This document shows, piece after piece, positions 1-12,264 of a DNA stretch of 64,000 nt. The DNA comes from Squalus acanthias. Lineage: Eukaryota. Position 1 is the first letter of the stretch. Every line of letters begins with the position of its first letter. The stretch covers positions 33,544,001 through 33,608,000 of the forward strand of contig CM059432.1 of NCBI GenBank assembly GCA_030390025.1, given 5' to 3'. The translations under genes were made by a program, and so were the position numbers. The notes under the pieces were generated by a model that was not told the DNA's origin, did not search any database, and saw only the letters and a program-made list of their open reading frames with translations.

Positions 1-699
1 TGCAACCACAGGCCTAAGTTTGAGCCCTGGAGTATTGTAACTCCTGTGCCTCGTATGTGTGCCAAATGGACGGAAAGCAGCAGCTGGCCATTGGACCAGT
101 GGTTACCAGCTGTTACCAAGGGAATACTCTCCAGCAAGCAAGTGAGTAACAGGGAGGACATTTCAGGAGGGTTTCATGGGACGGAAGGGAGGGAAGTCTG
201 AGCCAGGGGAGGCCATGACCTTCCTGCTCCTCCTGGCTGCACAAAGGAAAGCTTGTTACTTACCATGGAGGGCCTCTTCATCCTTCCCGAAATGCCAGCC
301 TGCCCTCACCTAGTAGGATAGCCATGGAAGCTTTCGCGCTCAGGCTTGGGTTAAAGTGCAATCGGGGTCCCATTGACGTGATAGGCCCCTGATATGAATA
401 AATTCACAAGGCTCCCACCTGCTTATGGCGGGCGCCTCATCCCCCTCATCCCCATAACCGCAGTAAGCAGTTAAAATGGTGGCCAGCGTGATTCTAGCGG
501 GAACAAGGAAGTACCTCTCAATGCTTCATTTTAAAAGCCCCCCTCTCTGTTCCTTTCAGGTGGGCTGGGTTAAAGGTGACTCCAAAATATACAGCACCGA
601 TTTTTGGAAAGAATGCTATCCCTTCAATTACACCATTAATAAAAGAGAGAAAGAACTTGTGCTTTTCATTACCTCAGAAGATTGTGATAATGACCAGAT

Positions 700-1040
700 C
701 AGGTGGACGTAAATGATCTCATGGCACTATTTCAAAGAGCAGGGTAGTTCTCCTCGGTGTCCTGGCTAATTTATTTGGGCAACAAATGCTGGCCTTGCCA
801 GCAACACCCAAATCCCATGAATGAATTTCAAAAAAAATTCCTCAACCAATACCACTAAAACAGATTATCTGATCATTCTCTAATTGCTTTTTGTGGGACC
901 TTGCTGTGTGCCTATTGGCTGCCACGTTTCCCTACATTACAACAGTGACTACACTTCCAAGTAATTCATTGGCTGTAAAGTGCTTTGGGACGTCCTGAGG
1001 TTGTGAAAGGCGCTATATAAATGCAAGGTCTTTCTTTCTT
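700..1040 (+). mobile_element. DeuSINE 3' half
   Basis: Deu domain plus tail AAAGGCGCTATATAAATGCAAG. Confidence 0.8.
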
Positions 1041-1328
1041 TCCCCTAACATCACTCAGCCATGATTGTCATAAGTATGGCAAAAGCTCTGGTGAGATCCT
1101 ATGCTTTTCTACATTCACTGACAGGGTGTAGTTTGATTTTCTGCATGAGTACCACAATTTTGCGTAAAAGATTCCTAGATCTAGCGTAAATCCTGGTTTC
1201 TGAGTTGGACCTGAGCCATAAGAGACCACTCACGCTGGTCATAAGGGCCACCTCCAGAATGAAAGAGTGGCAACTGCAGGTGGTGCATGCACCTTGTTCT
1301 CTTCTTGACTTTACATTTGACAGCATAA

Positions 1329-1747
1329 ATGAGTTACATAGTTAGTTCAAGTCTCCTGTGCCTAGTAGCACATGAGGCAACCCATTTCTTCCATTGCTGT
1401 CTATCACTGTCAAGTTATTTGACTTCGATCAGAGTTCCACCTTGCCTTACGTCCAGCAGATTGTGGTTCTCCACAGTCGATGTTTATATTTTCCAGTCTA
1501 TAACAGACTCGTCCTGTCTCTGGGTTGTTTCCGTAATGAAAGGCATTTTTACGTAGACAGGTTGTTAGCCTGGCTCACAAGCACCTACCAGGAGGGCCGT
1601 GGACTGCCTTTAGTCTGGCTCCTACCTTTTGACCTGTCTGGCTTGGGTGGTCCTACCAGAAGCAATACTCCTACCAGCATGGCTCCCAGGGTCGTAAGAG
1701 CATGCAAGCCTTCTCGCCACATCAAGGTGCAATCCCTAGGGAAGGGT
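1329..1747 (-). mobile_element. RTE-clade-derived short non-autonomous retroelement
   Basis: 5' CACCTTGATGTGGCGAGAAGGCTTGCATG...GGTAGGACCACCCAAGCCAGACAGGTC resembles RTE 5' UTRs; the 3' end reads DRQQWKKWVASCATRHRR followed by a TAAC-like tail. Confidence 0.68.
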
Positions 1748-2543
1748 AAAATAAGAGAACCACCCCTCAGCTACCTCTTGTCGGTAAACGTAGAAATTCA
1801 CAGGATCTCACCAAATCATTTACCATATATTAACAAAATGATTTTCTCTGGTAAAACTCATTTGAAACCATGAGAAAGGGCACTCAGCGAACACAGGCAC
1901 TTTCTTCTGCTCACTCACTGACTGAGCAGCATGTGCTGATGGGATGCTGGAATGTGATGTGTACGGAGTTCCAGCAGACAGCTGGCCTCTACACACGGAA
2001 CAAATTCTATCTGCAGAAATATAAACAGAGAAATGCCATCACACGGCATGAATACAGGCTCGCTGCACTCTTGCATACTTCTCATTATTTCTGAAGCGAG
2101 AAGATTTAACAGTTTGGTCGGATCTCAGAGTTGATTTTTCAACAGAGGATGTAAATGTATCAGTCCAGGCTTATGTGTAGGCTGGGAGAAGATGTGAACA
2201 ATGCCCATTAGATCCACAACACATACTCCACTGTCTTTAAGGATAAATCCTGGTTTGTTGTCGGACTTGGCTCAGTGGGTAGCACTCTCGCCTCTGAGTC
2301 AGAAGGTCGTGGGTTCAAGCCCCACTCCAGAGACTTGAGCACATAATCCAAGCTGACACATCAGTGCAGTGCTGTGGGAATGTTGCACTGTCGGAGGTGC
2401 CATCTTTCGGATGAAACGTTAAACCGAGGCCCCGTCTGCCCTCTCAAGTTGACATAAAAAATTCTATGGCACTATTCATAGAAGAGCAGGGGAGTTCCCC
2501 GTGTGTCCTGGCCAACATGTATCCCTCAACCAACACCTAAAAC

Positions 2544-2730
2544 CATGATGCGGAGATGCCGGTGTTGGACTGGGGTGGATAAAAGTGAGAAGTCGCACAA
2601 CACCAGGTTATTATCCAACAGTTTTATTTGAAATCACAAGCTTTCGGAGCGGATGCTCCTTCGTCAGGTGAAGGATGACGAAGGAGCAGCCGCTCCGAAA
2701 GCTTGTGATTTCAAATAAAACTGTTGGACT
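2544..2730. mobile_element. Penelope-like element terminal fragment (inverted repeat) with 12-bp TSD
   Basis: AACACCTAAAAC at 2532-2543 and 2731-2742; 53-bp inverted arms 2614-2666 / 2676-2728 with one mismatch. Confidence 0.8.
2634..2671 (-). ncRNA. Minimal hammerhead ribozyme motif
   Basis: UCAC-CUGACGA-A-GGAGC(AUCC)GCUCC-GAAA-GC-UU-GUGA: intact core, stem II and stem I pairing. Confidence 0.65.
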
Positions 2731-3130
2731 AACACCTAAAACAGAAGATCTGGTCATTTATCACATTGCTGTTTGTGGGACCTTGCTGTATGCAGATTGG
2801 CTGCCGCGTTTCCTACATTACAGCAGTGACTAAACTTCAAAAATACTTCATTGGCTTTGACATGTCCTGAGGTCAATAAAGTCCCTTGATTGTGAGGAGG
2901 AGTAACCAAGTACTGCACTGATCTCTTCTGTCCTTAAGAATCTTGTCACATAGGTGAGGAGCCACTTACAATTCACCTCCCTCTTTCACCTTTGAACCTC
3001 AGTAGAAATGCTGGTCCATGTGTGTCTGGGTCTCATCCACAGGTTGCCAGCTCCAAGATGTTTCAGAGCTCAGATATGAAGAAATAGAAAAAAAGAGCAA
3101 GTGAAGCAGTGCGTAAAAAGAGAAAAACAC

Positions 3131-4880
3131 TGAGTGGGAAAAATTGGTGATCGCCAACAAAGCAGTTGGTGTCACCGCCAACTGCCATTAACGGCTGCCC
3201 GAAATGGCCGCATCGCTAACCGACCTAAGTTGGTGTGGGGGACATGGAGGTAGGTGGCGCAGCGCTAACCTTAGGTACAACGCCATCCTGGTGGCATTGC
3301 ACGAGGGATCCGGGACCAATTTGCAGTCCTGGTGCGGCGTTGCTGCTTCCCCGAGTGTCTGTGTGCGAGGCTGTGAAGCTCGCAATGCATTGTGGACAGT
3401 GAGGAGCTCTGAAATTTAAAGGGGCCACGCGCATTGAAGCAAGACAAAATAAAATGCACTGATTCAATACATTTTTCAGCCCTTTCTGTCTTTTTACAAA
3501 TATTCAATATTTAAAAGAAGTTCCAAATGTCATTATTCAGTTCTTAAAGTTGAATTACCTTCCTAAACTGAAATGGGAAAACTGCCTCAGCACTAACACA
3601 AATGGCTCAGCAAGCCAGGGAAGGGGTACCCATTGTCTCGCACGCAGCACTCCAGCTTTGTACAGGGGGTCAACACTACAAGACTGGCCCTCTACCCACA
3701 GGGGCCAGGAGGCCTTCCAGAAAGAACAATGTGGGAGTACATTACCAAGGCCGTCACTGCCAGCATTGTCGCCCCCATGACCTGGCTCCAGTGCTCCATG
3801 AAACTTCATGAACTCAGACCACTGGTCAAGGTCAGTGAATGCATCTTCAAAAGCTGTCATCTACCAACTGCACCACGAGCCTCACACACTGCTCAATGCA
3901 GGAGCCCCCAATCACTCACCTACCAACAATCTGCACCAATGACGAGGCACATCTACCATTCCTAGCATCACCTCACCCCCTTGGAGGAGACGGTGCAGGC
4001 CATTCCTGGCAGGGGCATGGCTGAGCCCTTGGCCAGCGGCGGGGCTGAAAGGATACAAGATGCGGGCATCTTCATACGTTATCCCCCTTCTGGCATGCAC
4101 CTCTAGGTTTCCCACCCTCCCGTCAGCACAACTCCACCCTTGTATCGCCCTCATTTCACACACCCAAGAAATGCAACCTGCCCAGCCAGTGGGTCAACAA
4201 GAAGAGGTCACCTGCCCAGCCAGTGGGACCGCAGGCAGATGATTCCATCCCGGATATCCCGGCCACAAAGGGTCTGTCTGGGATGCATCCTTTTGTCTGA
4301 TTCCTCCTCTTCGGTTTCCTCCTCTTCTGCGTCTTCCTCTTCTGTGTCTTCCTCTTCTGCGTCTTCCTCTTCTCTCTGCAAGCGAATGCTGTAAATGTGA
4401 AGACTGGCCCTCTACCCACAAATATCAGTTGGTCAGGCAGCATGTCGACCTGCGGCGTGAACTCCACGGATGTAGCGTGACCTGCTGAGTATTCGCAGCA
4501 TGTTCTGTCTTCTCAAAGGCGTTCACTTACCATCCGAGCTCTTGCAAACCTCTAGCAGCACTCCCAAAACACTTAAAAAACCTTTCACATATATTGCAGC
4601 AAGCCACCACTTCAATAAAATCCAACAAACCAAGGCCAAACCCTTCCATAAAAACTTACCTGATTGATGTGTGTGTCCCTTTAACAGCTGCAGATATCGC
4701 CCCTGTCAGCGTCTGTCAGCCTGCTTGCATGCCAGGTTAACCTTCTTTTTTACAGGGCGTGCTGGTTATCAGTAGCGCAAAGGGGCCCACGAATATGGCG
4801 GCCGCCGCGGGGACTGCCTCCATTTTTGCGAGAATCGCTGGCACTAATAGGTGGCAGTAAGTATATGAATTTCTCACCCA
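3131..4880 (-). mobile_element. Decayed Harbinger element, divergent family
   Basis: Myb exon-1 relic on + 3602-3830 (MAQQARE...WEYITKAVTASIVAPMTWLQCSMKLHELRPLVK|gt); exon-2-like HLTPLEETV at ~3970; acidic transposase-like C-terminus on - at ~4225-4380 (EEEDAEEEDTEEE...RDIRDGII); degenerate TIR-like ends. Confidence 0.72.
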
Positions 4881-5139
4881 CAATATGTTTAAAATATAAG
4901 CAAATGGAGTTGCTTTTCGATGGGCCTGTGAGAATGTCCTTCGAGCAAATCACTGCTCAAGATTGTGGCCTTTAATGAAAGATTAGTGAGTATTTGAGTC
5001 GAGGGTAATCCATAAGTTGTACCTTAAACTGCACCTCAGTTGCTCTATTATATGCTGAATTCATGGGAATTTATAGATTCTTCCCCTCCCCAGGTTAGAA
5101 GGTCACCCAGCTCCAATTTGCATCTCTCTTGAAGCTATT

Positions 5140-5195
5140 TGATTGGATCGATTAGGTTGGATTGGATTGGACAGGATTGGATTGGATTGGCTTGG
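5140..5195. repeat. (GATTG)n microsatellite
   Basis: Direct observation. Confidence 0.8.
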
Positions 5196-5267
5196 TTTTT
5201 GATTGCTATCCAGATCCAGGAGAAATGTTTGGTCTCAACATCACTTTTCACAAACAGTAGGTAAGAG

Positions 5268-6240
5268 AAAGAAAAAACTTGCATTGATATAGCACCTTAT
5301 TATATCCTCAATGCACCAAAGTGCTTTACAAGCAACTAATTATTTTTGAAGTGCAGCTATTGTTGTTATGTAGGCAAACACGGCTGTCACTTTGCACACA
5401 ACAATGTCTCTCAAACAGCAAAATTTGCGGTGCACTCTAGGAGAACCCATGGGATCTTTTACATCCACCTGAGTCGGCAGAAAGGGCCTCAGTATAATGT
5501 CTAATCCAAAATGCGCTGGGTTCAATTTTCACTCCCTTCACCAGGTGTTAACGGGGTGGTAATGGCCTTAAATGGGATCAGTAGCCTTAACGCCTTGTTC
5601 CTACTGGCAATGCGGCTGGCTCTATTTTGAAAGGGGCCTACCGCCTGGTGTCCAAATCCCACACTTGTTTCATGCAATAGGTAGCTTTTAATGTGGAAAT
5701 CTGGGTCCCATGCCATAAATAGGACCCCTATTGCCACTTTAGGTCGGAACTGGTCAGGTGCTGCGCCGTGCACACGCCGACCAGCTCCACGTGTGTTGGA
5801 ACCGAAGAGGCCCAGCCAAAGGTAAGCGTCAAATTATTTTTGTGGGCCCCGGAGAAGCCGCTGCTGCCCGTGACCCCCACCCTCCATGATCGCGACCCCC
5901 CAACCCCCACGAGCCAGTCCAAGCTTGAGGCCTTAATTCAGCAAGCTGTACCGGGCCGCCTGTTTGGCGCTCTGCAGATCATCTGCCAGATTTAAATGAG
6001 GCCGGGGCCTGAAAATCGCGAGGGCCACTTCACCGCTGGAATGGCCGGCCGATCAGCAGGCTCCGCCGATCGGTCACCCAAAAGTCAAAACAGACCCCAT
6101 CCTCTCTGACAATGCTGTGTTCACTCAGTCCTGCAATGAAGTATCAACCTAAATGATGTGTTCAAGTCTGTAGTGTGGCTTGCACCCCCGACCATCTGAC
6201 TCAAAGATAATAGTGGTAGCAACTGAGACATCCTGACAAC
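5268..6240 (-). mobile_element. DeuSINE split by a MITE
   Basis: Degenerate match on both sides of 5518-6098. Confidence 0.7.
5518..6098. mobile_element. Harbinger-like MITE inserted in a DeuSINE
   Basis: Ends GGGTTCAATTTTCACT / revcomp GGGGTCTGTTTTGACT; GC-rich interior; SINE sequence continues on both sides. Confidence 0.65.
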
Positions 6241-6669
6241 AAAATGGAGGCTTTGTTCAGAAGTAACTTTTGCACATACCTGAATGTACCTGCAAAATAA
6301 TTCTGCTCAGGTGAAAGCAATACAACATTTGGGTGAGTAACTTCGCGATGTGAATGGAAAATGACTTTCCCAGTCAAGATAGTTGTAGTTGCACAGGATT
6401 TTTTGAGCAACAGACAAAGGTCATTAGATCTAAAAGGTTCTTTTCTGATCAACCTCGACTCATCTACAATATCTCTAGGATTCCCACTACACACCAGAGG
6501 TCAGTTAATTATCTGGATGGACCGCTCTCTGCTCTGGCCTCTCTACAGGTTTCCAGTTCTGCAACAGTAAAGACATCAACCAGTCCTTCACACCTCAGCC
6601 TTAATATTCCCTGGGCTTTCAGAAATCAGAAATTTGATTTGGGAATACGCAACTATATTAGGGTAGAAA

Positions 6670-7975
6670 TATACCTATCAGAAACAGGCTGGGGTTCTTT
6701 TCTCTAGAAAAGAGAAGACTGTGGGGTGACCTGATAGAGGTCTTTAAGATTATGAAAGGGTTTGATAGGGTTGACATAGAGAAGATGGCTGGAATTTTGC
6801 CGGGCCTCAGAGTGCGGGATTGGAGGCGGGACCGCTGTCAAAATCGCTGTCAACCCGCCTCCAATCAATCTCACCAAGTGTCAGGTCCCCGGTTTGCACA
6901 TGGACCCGACACCTAGCGGCAGGAAGAGGATTATAGCCACTTACCTGCCTGTTAACAGGTACTTGATACTTGTTAACAGGCTCTTTTTCAATTTTGCCGC
7001 TTCTGCCTCGGGGTTCCCGATGTCCAAACACCACGCCAGGTAAGTGTGGCGTGTTGTGAGTCTGCTGTAATGATTCTGCATTGATGACAGCTGCAAAAGT
7101 GGTGTAAAGGATCCAATGGTGCACTGGTGAGTTTCAGAGGTAAGAAAATGTTGGGAAAATCATTTTTAAAGCCTTTACACTTTTCTGTAGGTAACAAGTT
7201 TTGAATTGGCTGTCTAGTCCCACCTCATTGGGAGAACCTCTCTCACCAGTGACAGATCGCTTCTGTAACCTCACCTGCAGCTGCCATCTGTTCTAGCCTA
7301 TGGAGGGAGTCATTGGAGAGCCTGGGTGCAAGAGCTCACCTTTGTACAGTGATTGTCAGTGTTTGCAGCACCTCAATGCTGTCAAACACTGAGAAATGAG
7401 CTGTCAAAAAAAATTGTGTGTGGTCCCTTTAAGAAAACCGGCAGATGACGCGTCATCAAATGACGTCATCTGACCGGCTTCCTCTTAATTGGCTGGCAAG
7501 CCCGCAGGGTGGGCTTAACGAGGTCAGTCGATGTAAACTCACGTCCGTGGGCCGGATGCAGTTGGGGGTGGGACTGGAACCCGGAAATCAGCTGACCCGC
7601 TCCCAAGCCACATCCATTTGCAAAATCGTGGCCAATGTTTCCACTTGTGGCTGAGACCAGAACTAGAGGCCATAAATATAAGATAGTCACTCATAAATCC
7701 AATGGGGAATTCAGGAGAAACTTCTTTACCCAGAGAATGGTTAGAATGTGGAACTCGCTACCACAAAGAGTAGTTGAGGCGAATACCATAGATGCATTTC
7801 AGGGGAAGTTAGATAAGCACATGAGGGAGAGAGGAATAGAAGGATATGTTGATGGGGTTGAGATGAAGAAGTGTGGGAGGAGGCTCGTGCGGTGCATAAA
7901 CACCGACATGGATCTATTGGGCTGAATGGCCTGTTTCTGTGCTTGTAAGTACTTTGTAATACTTTGTAAATTCTG
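6670..7975 (+). mobile_element. CR1 3' fragment split by a MITE
   Basis: TRTRGHKYKI...RRNFFTQRMVRMWNSLP. Confidence 0.85.
6787..7633. mobile_element. Harbinger-like MITE inserted in a CR1 3' fragment
   Basis: Ends GGCTGGAATTTTGC / revcomp GGCCACGATTTTGC; flanks GAT/AAT; removing it restores CR1 GAGAAGATGTTTCCACTT (EKMFPL). Confidence 0.78.
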
Positions 7976-8467
7976 ATTTGCCTGCTCCTCATACATCAGG
8001 ATTTTTAACCTATTGGTCTTTGAGTGTCTTCTGTTGACAATCTGATTGGCCAGTTGCTAAACTGAATCACCCAATAACATAGTGCAATGTTTTCAAGTGA
8101 AGTGGTGAGTCATTGCCTTGGTTCTATGTTGCCCTTTCGGTTGAATACTTTTGATTCAATGAGCACTTTTGATTACATCACCAGGGAATCTGCTGAGGAG
8201 GAGTTATGGCGAATAAGGGTTTGCGAGAACTGAATGAGCATGAATAGGGATAGTCATTAACCCAGGGTGCCTTAGTAAATCTGTCATTTCACTGCTTGTT
8301 AATTCAGCTCTCTCATGCCGTGTGGTTGAGGAATTCCTGCCAACCAGTTCTGCGATGATGTCGTCAGCGTTCTGCATTTCAACCAAATATTCCATAGGAA
8401 AAAGGTCAACAGAAATCAAAATCAAAAATCTGTCAAATTCAGGAGTTACATTTTTTAATGGTGTCCT

Positions 8468-8605
8468 GGGGGGACTGGGTGGTGCAGTAGGTTAACCACG
8501 AGACTTTGACTCCTGGGAGTTGGGTTCAAATCCAGACCGCAGTGATGGAATGAAAATCTCCTCTGTCTGCTGGCTGTCAGGGTCTTATGTGAAATGAGTC
8601 TGGGA
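8468..8605 (+). mobile_element. LF-SINE-like 5' fragment
   Basis: GGGGACTGGGTGG...GGGTTCAAATCCAG...GGCTGT...TATGTGAAATGAGT resembles the LF-SINE head as I recall it. Confidence 0.6.
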
Positions 8606-9461
8606 GATCATTACCAGCAAGGGATGCTCCTGTCAGTTTGGGGATTAGGTGTATCATTGAACTAAAGTAGAGGGAACCTTGATTCTGAATTTAACCATTC
8701 TCTAACTGAGCTTAGAGTGCTTGATGCTGGCAAGAGGGGGTCAATAATGCAGGTAATGTGAGCACCTGTGCACAAACAAGTTGCCCTGGCTGCATAATAC
8801 AAGATCAGCTCATTTGCATGATTTTCTGGCAACTTGAGTACATGGATCATGATGAACTTGAGCTCGAAGTGACAAGGCCGAATATCATGTAACAGCAGCC
8901 AGTAAAGGGCTGATGGTTGCCTGTTCTGCATCAGATGCTTCTCTGGTTTAGGGCATGGGGCACCAGGCAGGAGGCATGGTGGGGCACTGGACATGGGTGC
9001 CACGGGGGGTGTCGGTGTGTTGGGGGCCTCGGGTACAAGTGGCTAGGAATTTTTCTTTCTATAATATGTGTCTCTTATTCAACACCCATTCCAAGCAGCT
9101 TCAGCATAGAATGGGTGCTGCTTGGGTGCTACATCTGCATTATAAGGACACTGCCTAATTTAAATGAAAGTCAGGACCTAATGAGCGTGGCATGCAGCTT
9201 GCGTGCAAATCCCCAGCTCTCTTTGCAGTTATTACCTGCACTGAGGTACACAGGGTACCTGGGGTGCAATGTAGGCCTCGGGCCTGTGTGCTGATAATAC
9301 AGGGAGCAAGTGTGCGATGCCCTTTAGGTGTTGCTTTGTTGTTAATGGGGACCGGATTCACATTCCAAGAAGAAGCATAGAAGGGAGCCACTGCAATTCC
9401 TCACTGAATCCTGAAAGTTAAACCAAATCACCAGAAACTTCTGTGGGAGTTCTCTCGATCT

Positions 9462-9910
9462 AAAAGAAATAAAGAACTTACATTTATATAGTGCCTTTCA
9501 TGACCTCAGGATGTCCCAAAGCGCTTTACAGCCAATGAAGTACTTTTGAAGTGTAGTCACTGTTGTAATGTAGGAAGTGTGGCAGCCAATTCACACACAG
9601 CAAGGTCCCACAAACAGCAATGAAATTAATGACCAGATCATTTCTTTTTGCTGGTGTTTGTTGAGGGATAAATGTTAGCCAGGACACCAGGAAATAGTGC
9701 CATGGGATCTTTTATGTCCACCTTAGAGGGCAGACGGGGCCTCAGTTTAACATCTCATCCAAAAGGCGGCACCTCCGACAGTGCAGCACTCCCTCGGTAC
9801 TGCACTGGAGTGTCAGCCTAGATTATGTGCTCACGTCTCTGGAGTGGGGCTGGAACGCACAACCTCTGACTCAGAGATGATAGTGCTACCAACTGAGCCA
9901 CAGCTGACAC
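9462..9910 (-). mobile_element. DeuSINE
   Basis: Head, Deu domain and tail on - strand. Confidence 0.88.
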
Positions 9911-9978
9911 TAGTCTACTGCTGTAACTTTGACAGGAGATTGGCAGAAACCTCAGAGAAATGATCTCAATGGCTGTTT

Positions 9979-10410
9979 TATATCAGACACTTGATTAGTG
10001 TATTGATCTATTCCATCTCTTATATCTGATGCTTGATTAGTGTATTGATCAATTCCATGTCTTATATCTGACACTTGATTAGTGTATTGATCTATTCCAT
10101 CTCTTATATCTGACACTTGATTAGTGTATTGATCTAATCCATCTCTTATATCTGATGCTTGATTAGTGCATTGATCTATTCCATCTCTTATATCTGATGC
10201 TTGATTAGTGTATTGATCAATTCCATGTCTTATATCTGACTTTTGATGAGTTTATTAATCCATTCCATGTCTTATATCTGACATTTGATGAGATTATTGA
10301 TCCATTCCATGTCTTAAATCTGACATTTGATGTAGTGTACAGATCCGTTCCGTGCTTTCTATCAGACACTTAATGTAATGCAGTGATCCATTCCATGTTT
10401 TGTATCTGAT
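9979..10410. repeat. 42-bp minisatellite, ~10 copies
   Basis: Unit TATATCTGACACTTGATTAGTGTATTGATCTATTCCATCTCT, degenerating rightwards. Confidence 0.92.
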
Positions 10411-10769
10411 GCAGTCTGTTTATCAGAATGCAACATGAGAAAATGAGGGGCAGAAACCAGCTGGTACAGGTTGTGCTGGTGGAGGTTGTTACATCTGAAC
10501 TGTTCTGAACATGTGTCCTGCACCTCTATTCAGTACAAGCATATGGAATAAACACTCCAAGTAGGTTAGTGGTAAGTAAAAAGGCCTAATGATTCCAGCA
10601 CACCCATCTTTGGCCGCTCGCGGGATGAACAGGAATTGATCCCTTCGCCTGAGCGTGCACTCGCAGCCCATCATATTGGAGGGCATTTAGCACCCAAACA
10701 ATGGGCACTGCTTGGTCGAATTTCTAGGCTAAAGTCTTTAACGTCTTTTGGATTTGTTGTTAAACCAAG

Positions 10770-11050
10770 TCTGGCCTTTCAGGTAGACGTAAAAGACCCC
10801 ATGGCTCTATTCGAAGAAGGGAAGGGCAGTTCTCCTGGTGTCCTGGCCAACATTTATCCTTCAACCAACACCACCAAAAGCATTGCATTTTGTGGGATCT
10901 TTTTGTGTGCAACTTGGCTGCTACGTTTCCCTACATTACAACAGTGACTACACTTCAAAAGTACTTAATTGACTGTGAAGCACTTTGGAATGTCCTGAGG
11001 TCGTGAAAGGTGCTATATAAATTCAAGTCATTTCCTTTCTTTCTTTCTTT
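10770..11050 (+). mobile_element. DeuSINE 3' half
   Basis: Deu domain and tail. Confidence 0.82.
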
Positions 11051-12264
11051 CTCTCTCATCTTTTTTGGGGAAATAAACTTGGAGCAGCTTGGAGCTGGAT
11101 TGAGATTCCAGGCTATGTCCAATCAGGGATTTAGCACTGATTGGCAGTTCAGTTACAAACTGATATTGCTTGACTTGCCCCCAAACAGCGATAAGTGCCT
11201 CTGTGGCCTCAGCATAACAGGGTGGCCCCATCAGCCGTCAAATGATAGAGTGAAAAATAATCAAACACTGGGGGTGAGCTAATGGAAAATAAATACCCAA
11301 AAGGCCAGTCTTGTTGGACACACTTTTTCCATCAATTTTGATTCGTCTCTGAAACATGAGCCAATTAAACTCGAATTACGAGTGATTAAGAATAATTAAT
11401 TCCATAATCTCACAATGCTATGTTTTCATTGTCTGCTATTCACTCAAATACATGAGAGACCACAATATTATTTCCAACGCCAAATAATTTAACATGACAA
11501 GGGAAATCTTTGGTCCGTCTTCAGAAAGAAACAGAAAAAAATATGCAAAACAATGACTCAACAAAGGAATCCGGGGAGTTGATTTGTGCAGTGAAGCACT
11601 TGCTGTAACAGACAGGAACCAGCTCCCTATGGCTTCCCTTTAGAACTAAACCTCAAACTCTTTTGTTTCTTTTGAAACTCCACTCTAGGACTTGAGCACA
11701 TAATCTAGGCGGACACGATAGTGTACTACTGAGGGAGTGCTGCATTGTTGGGCGGGGACGGCAGTCATTTGAAGGAGACATCAAACTGCGGTCCTGTCTG
11801 CCTGTCCATGTGGACATTAAAGCTGTCTTTGCAGGCTCCTTGCGTTGCCGACTCCTGACACGTGGGTCTCGCACACCAAATGGCAACCCCGATGTAAATT
11901 GTGTCAGATTTGCTACCACCGGTCACTGAAGAGACCTGCTAAGAAACAAGTCTCCCTGATGTTAACTCTCAGCAAATTTACATTGGGATCATTGCCAGCT
12001 GTGCATGAGCAAAACATTGAGAACCAGAGACTAAAGCACCCTGTAAGAACAATGCAAAAACACAGCTTAAAGATTCTGTGGAGCTATTCAAAGAAGTGCA
12101 AGGAGTGCTGTCAATGTCCTGACCAGCAATCCTCCCTCAATCAACACCACCAAAAAACACAACCCTCTCATTTCTGTTTCTGTGATATTGCTGTTGTTTG
12201 GCTACATAACGACAGTCTCTGCTAATTTTTGGATTTACACTAGAAAAACATACTAAGAAAGCTT

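Larger units (their letters stand above)
2258..2875 (+). mobile_element. tRNA-headed DeuSINE (SacSINE1-like), interrupted by the Penelope-like insert
   Basis: TGGCTCAGTGG / GGTTCAAGCCC A/B boxes; Deu domain GAAGAGCAGGGGAGTTC...TGCTGTTTGTGGGACCTTGCTG. Confidence 0.88.

Noticed and set aside
1394..1873. 159-aa ORF
   Set aside because: Antisense to the RTE-derived element; non-ATG start; no domain.
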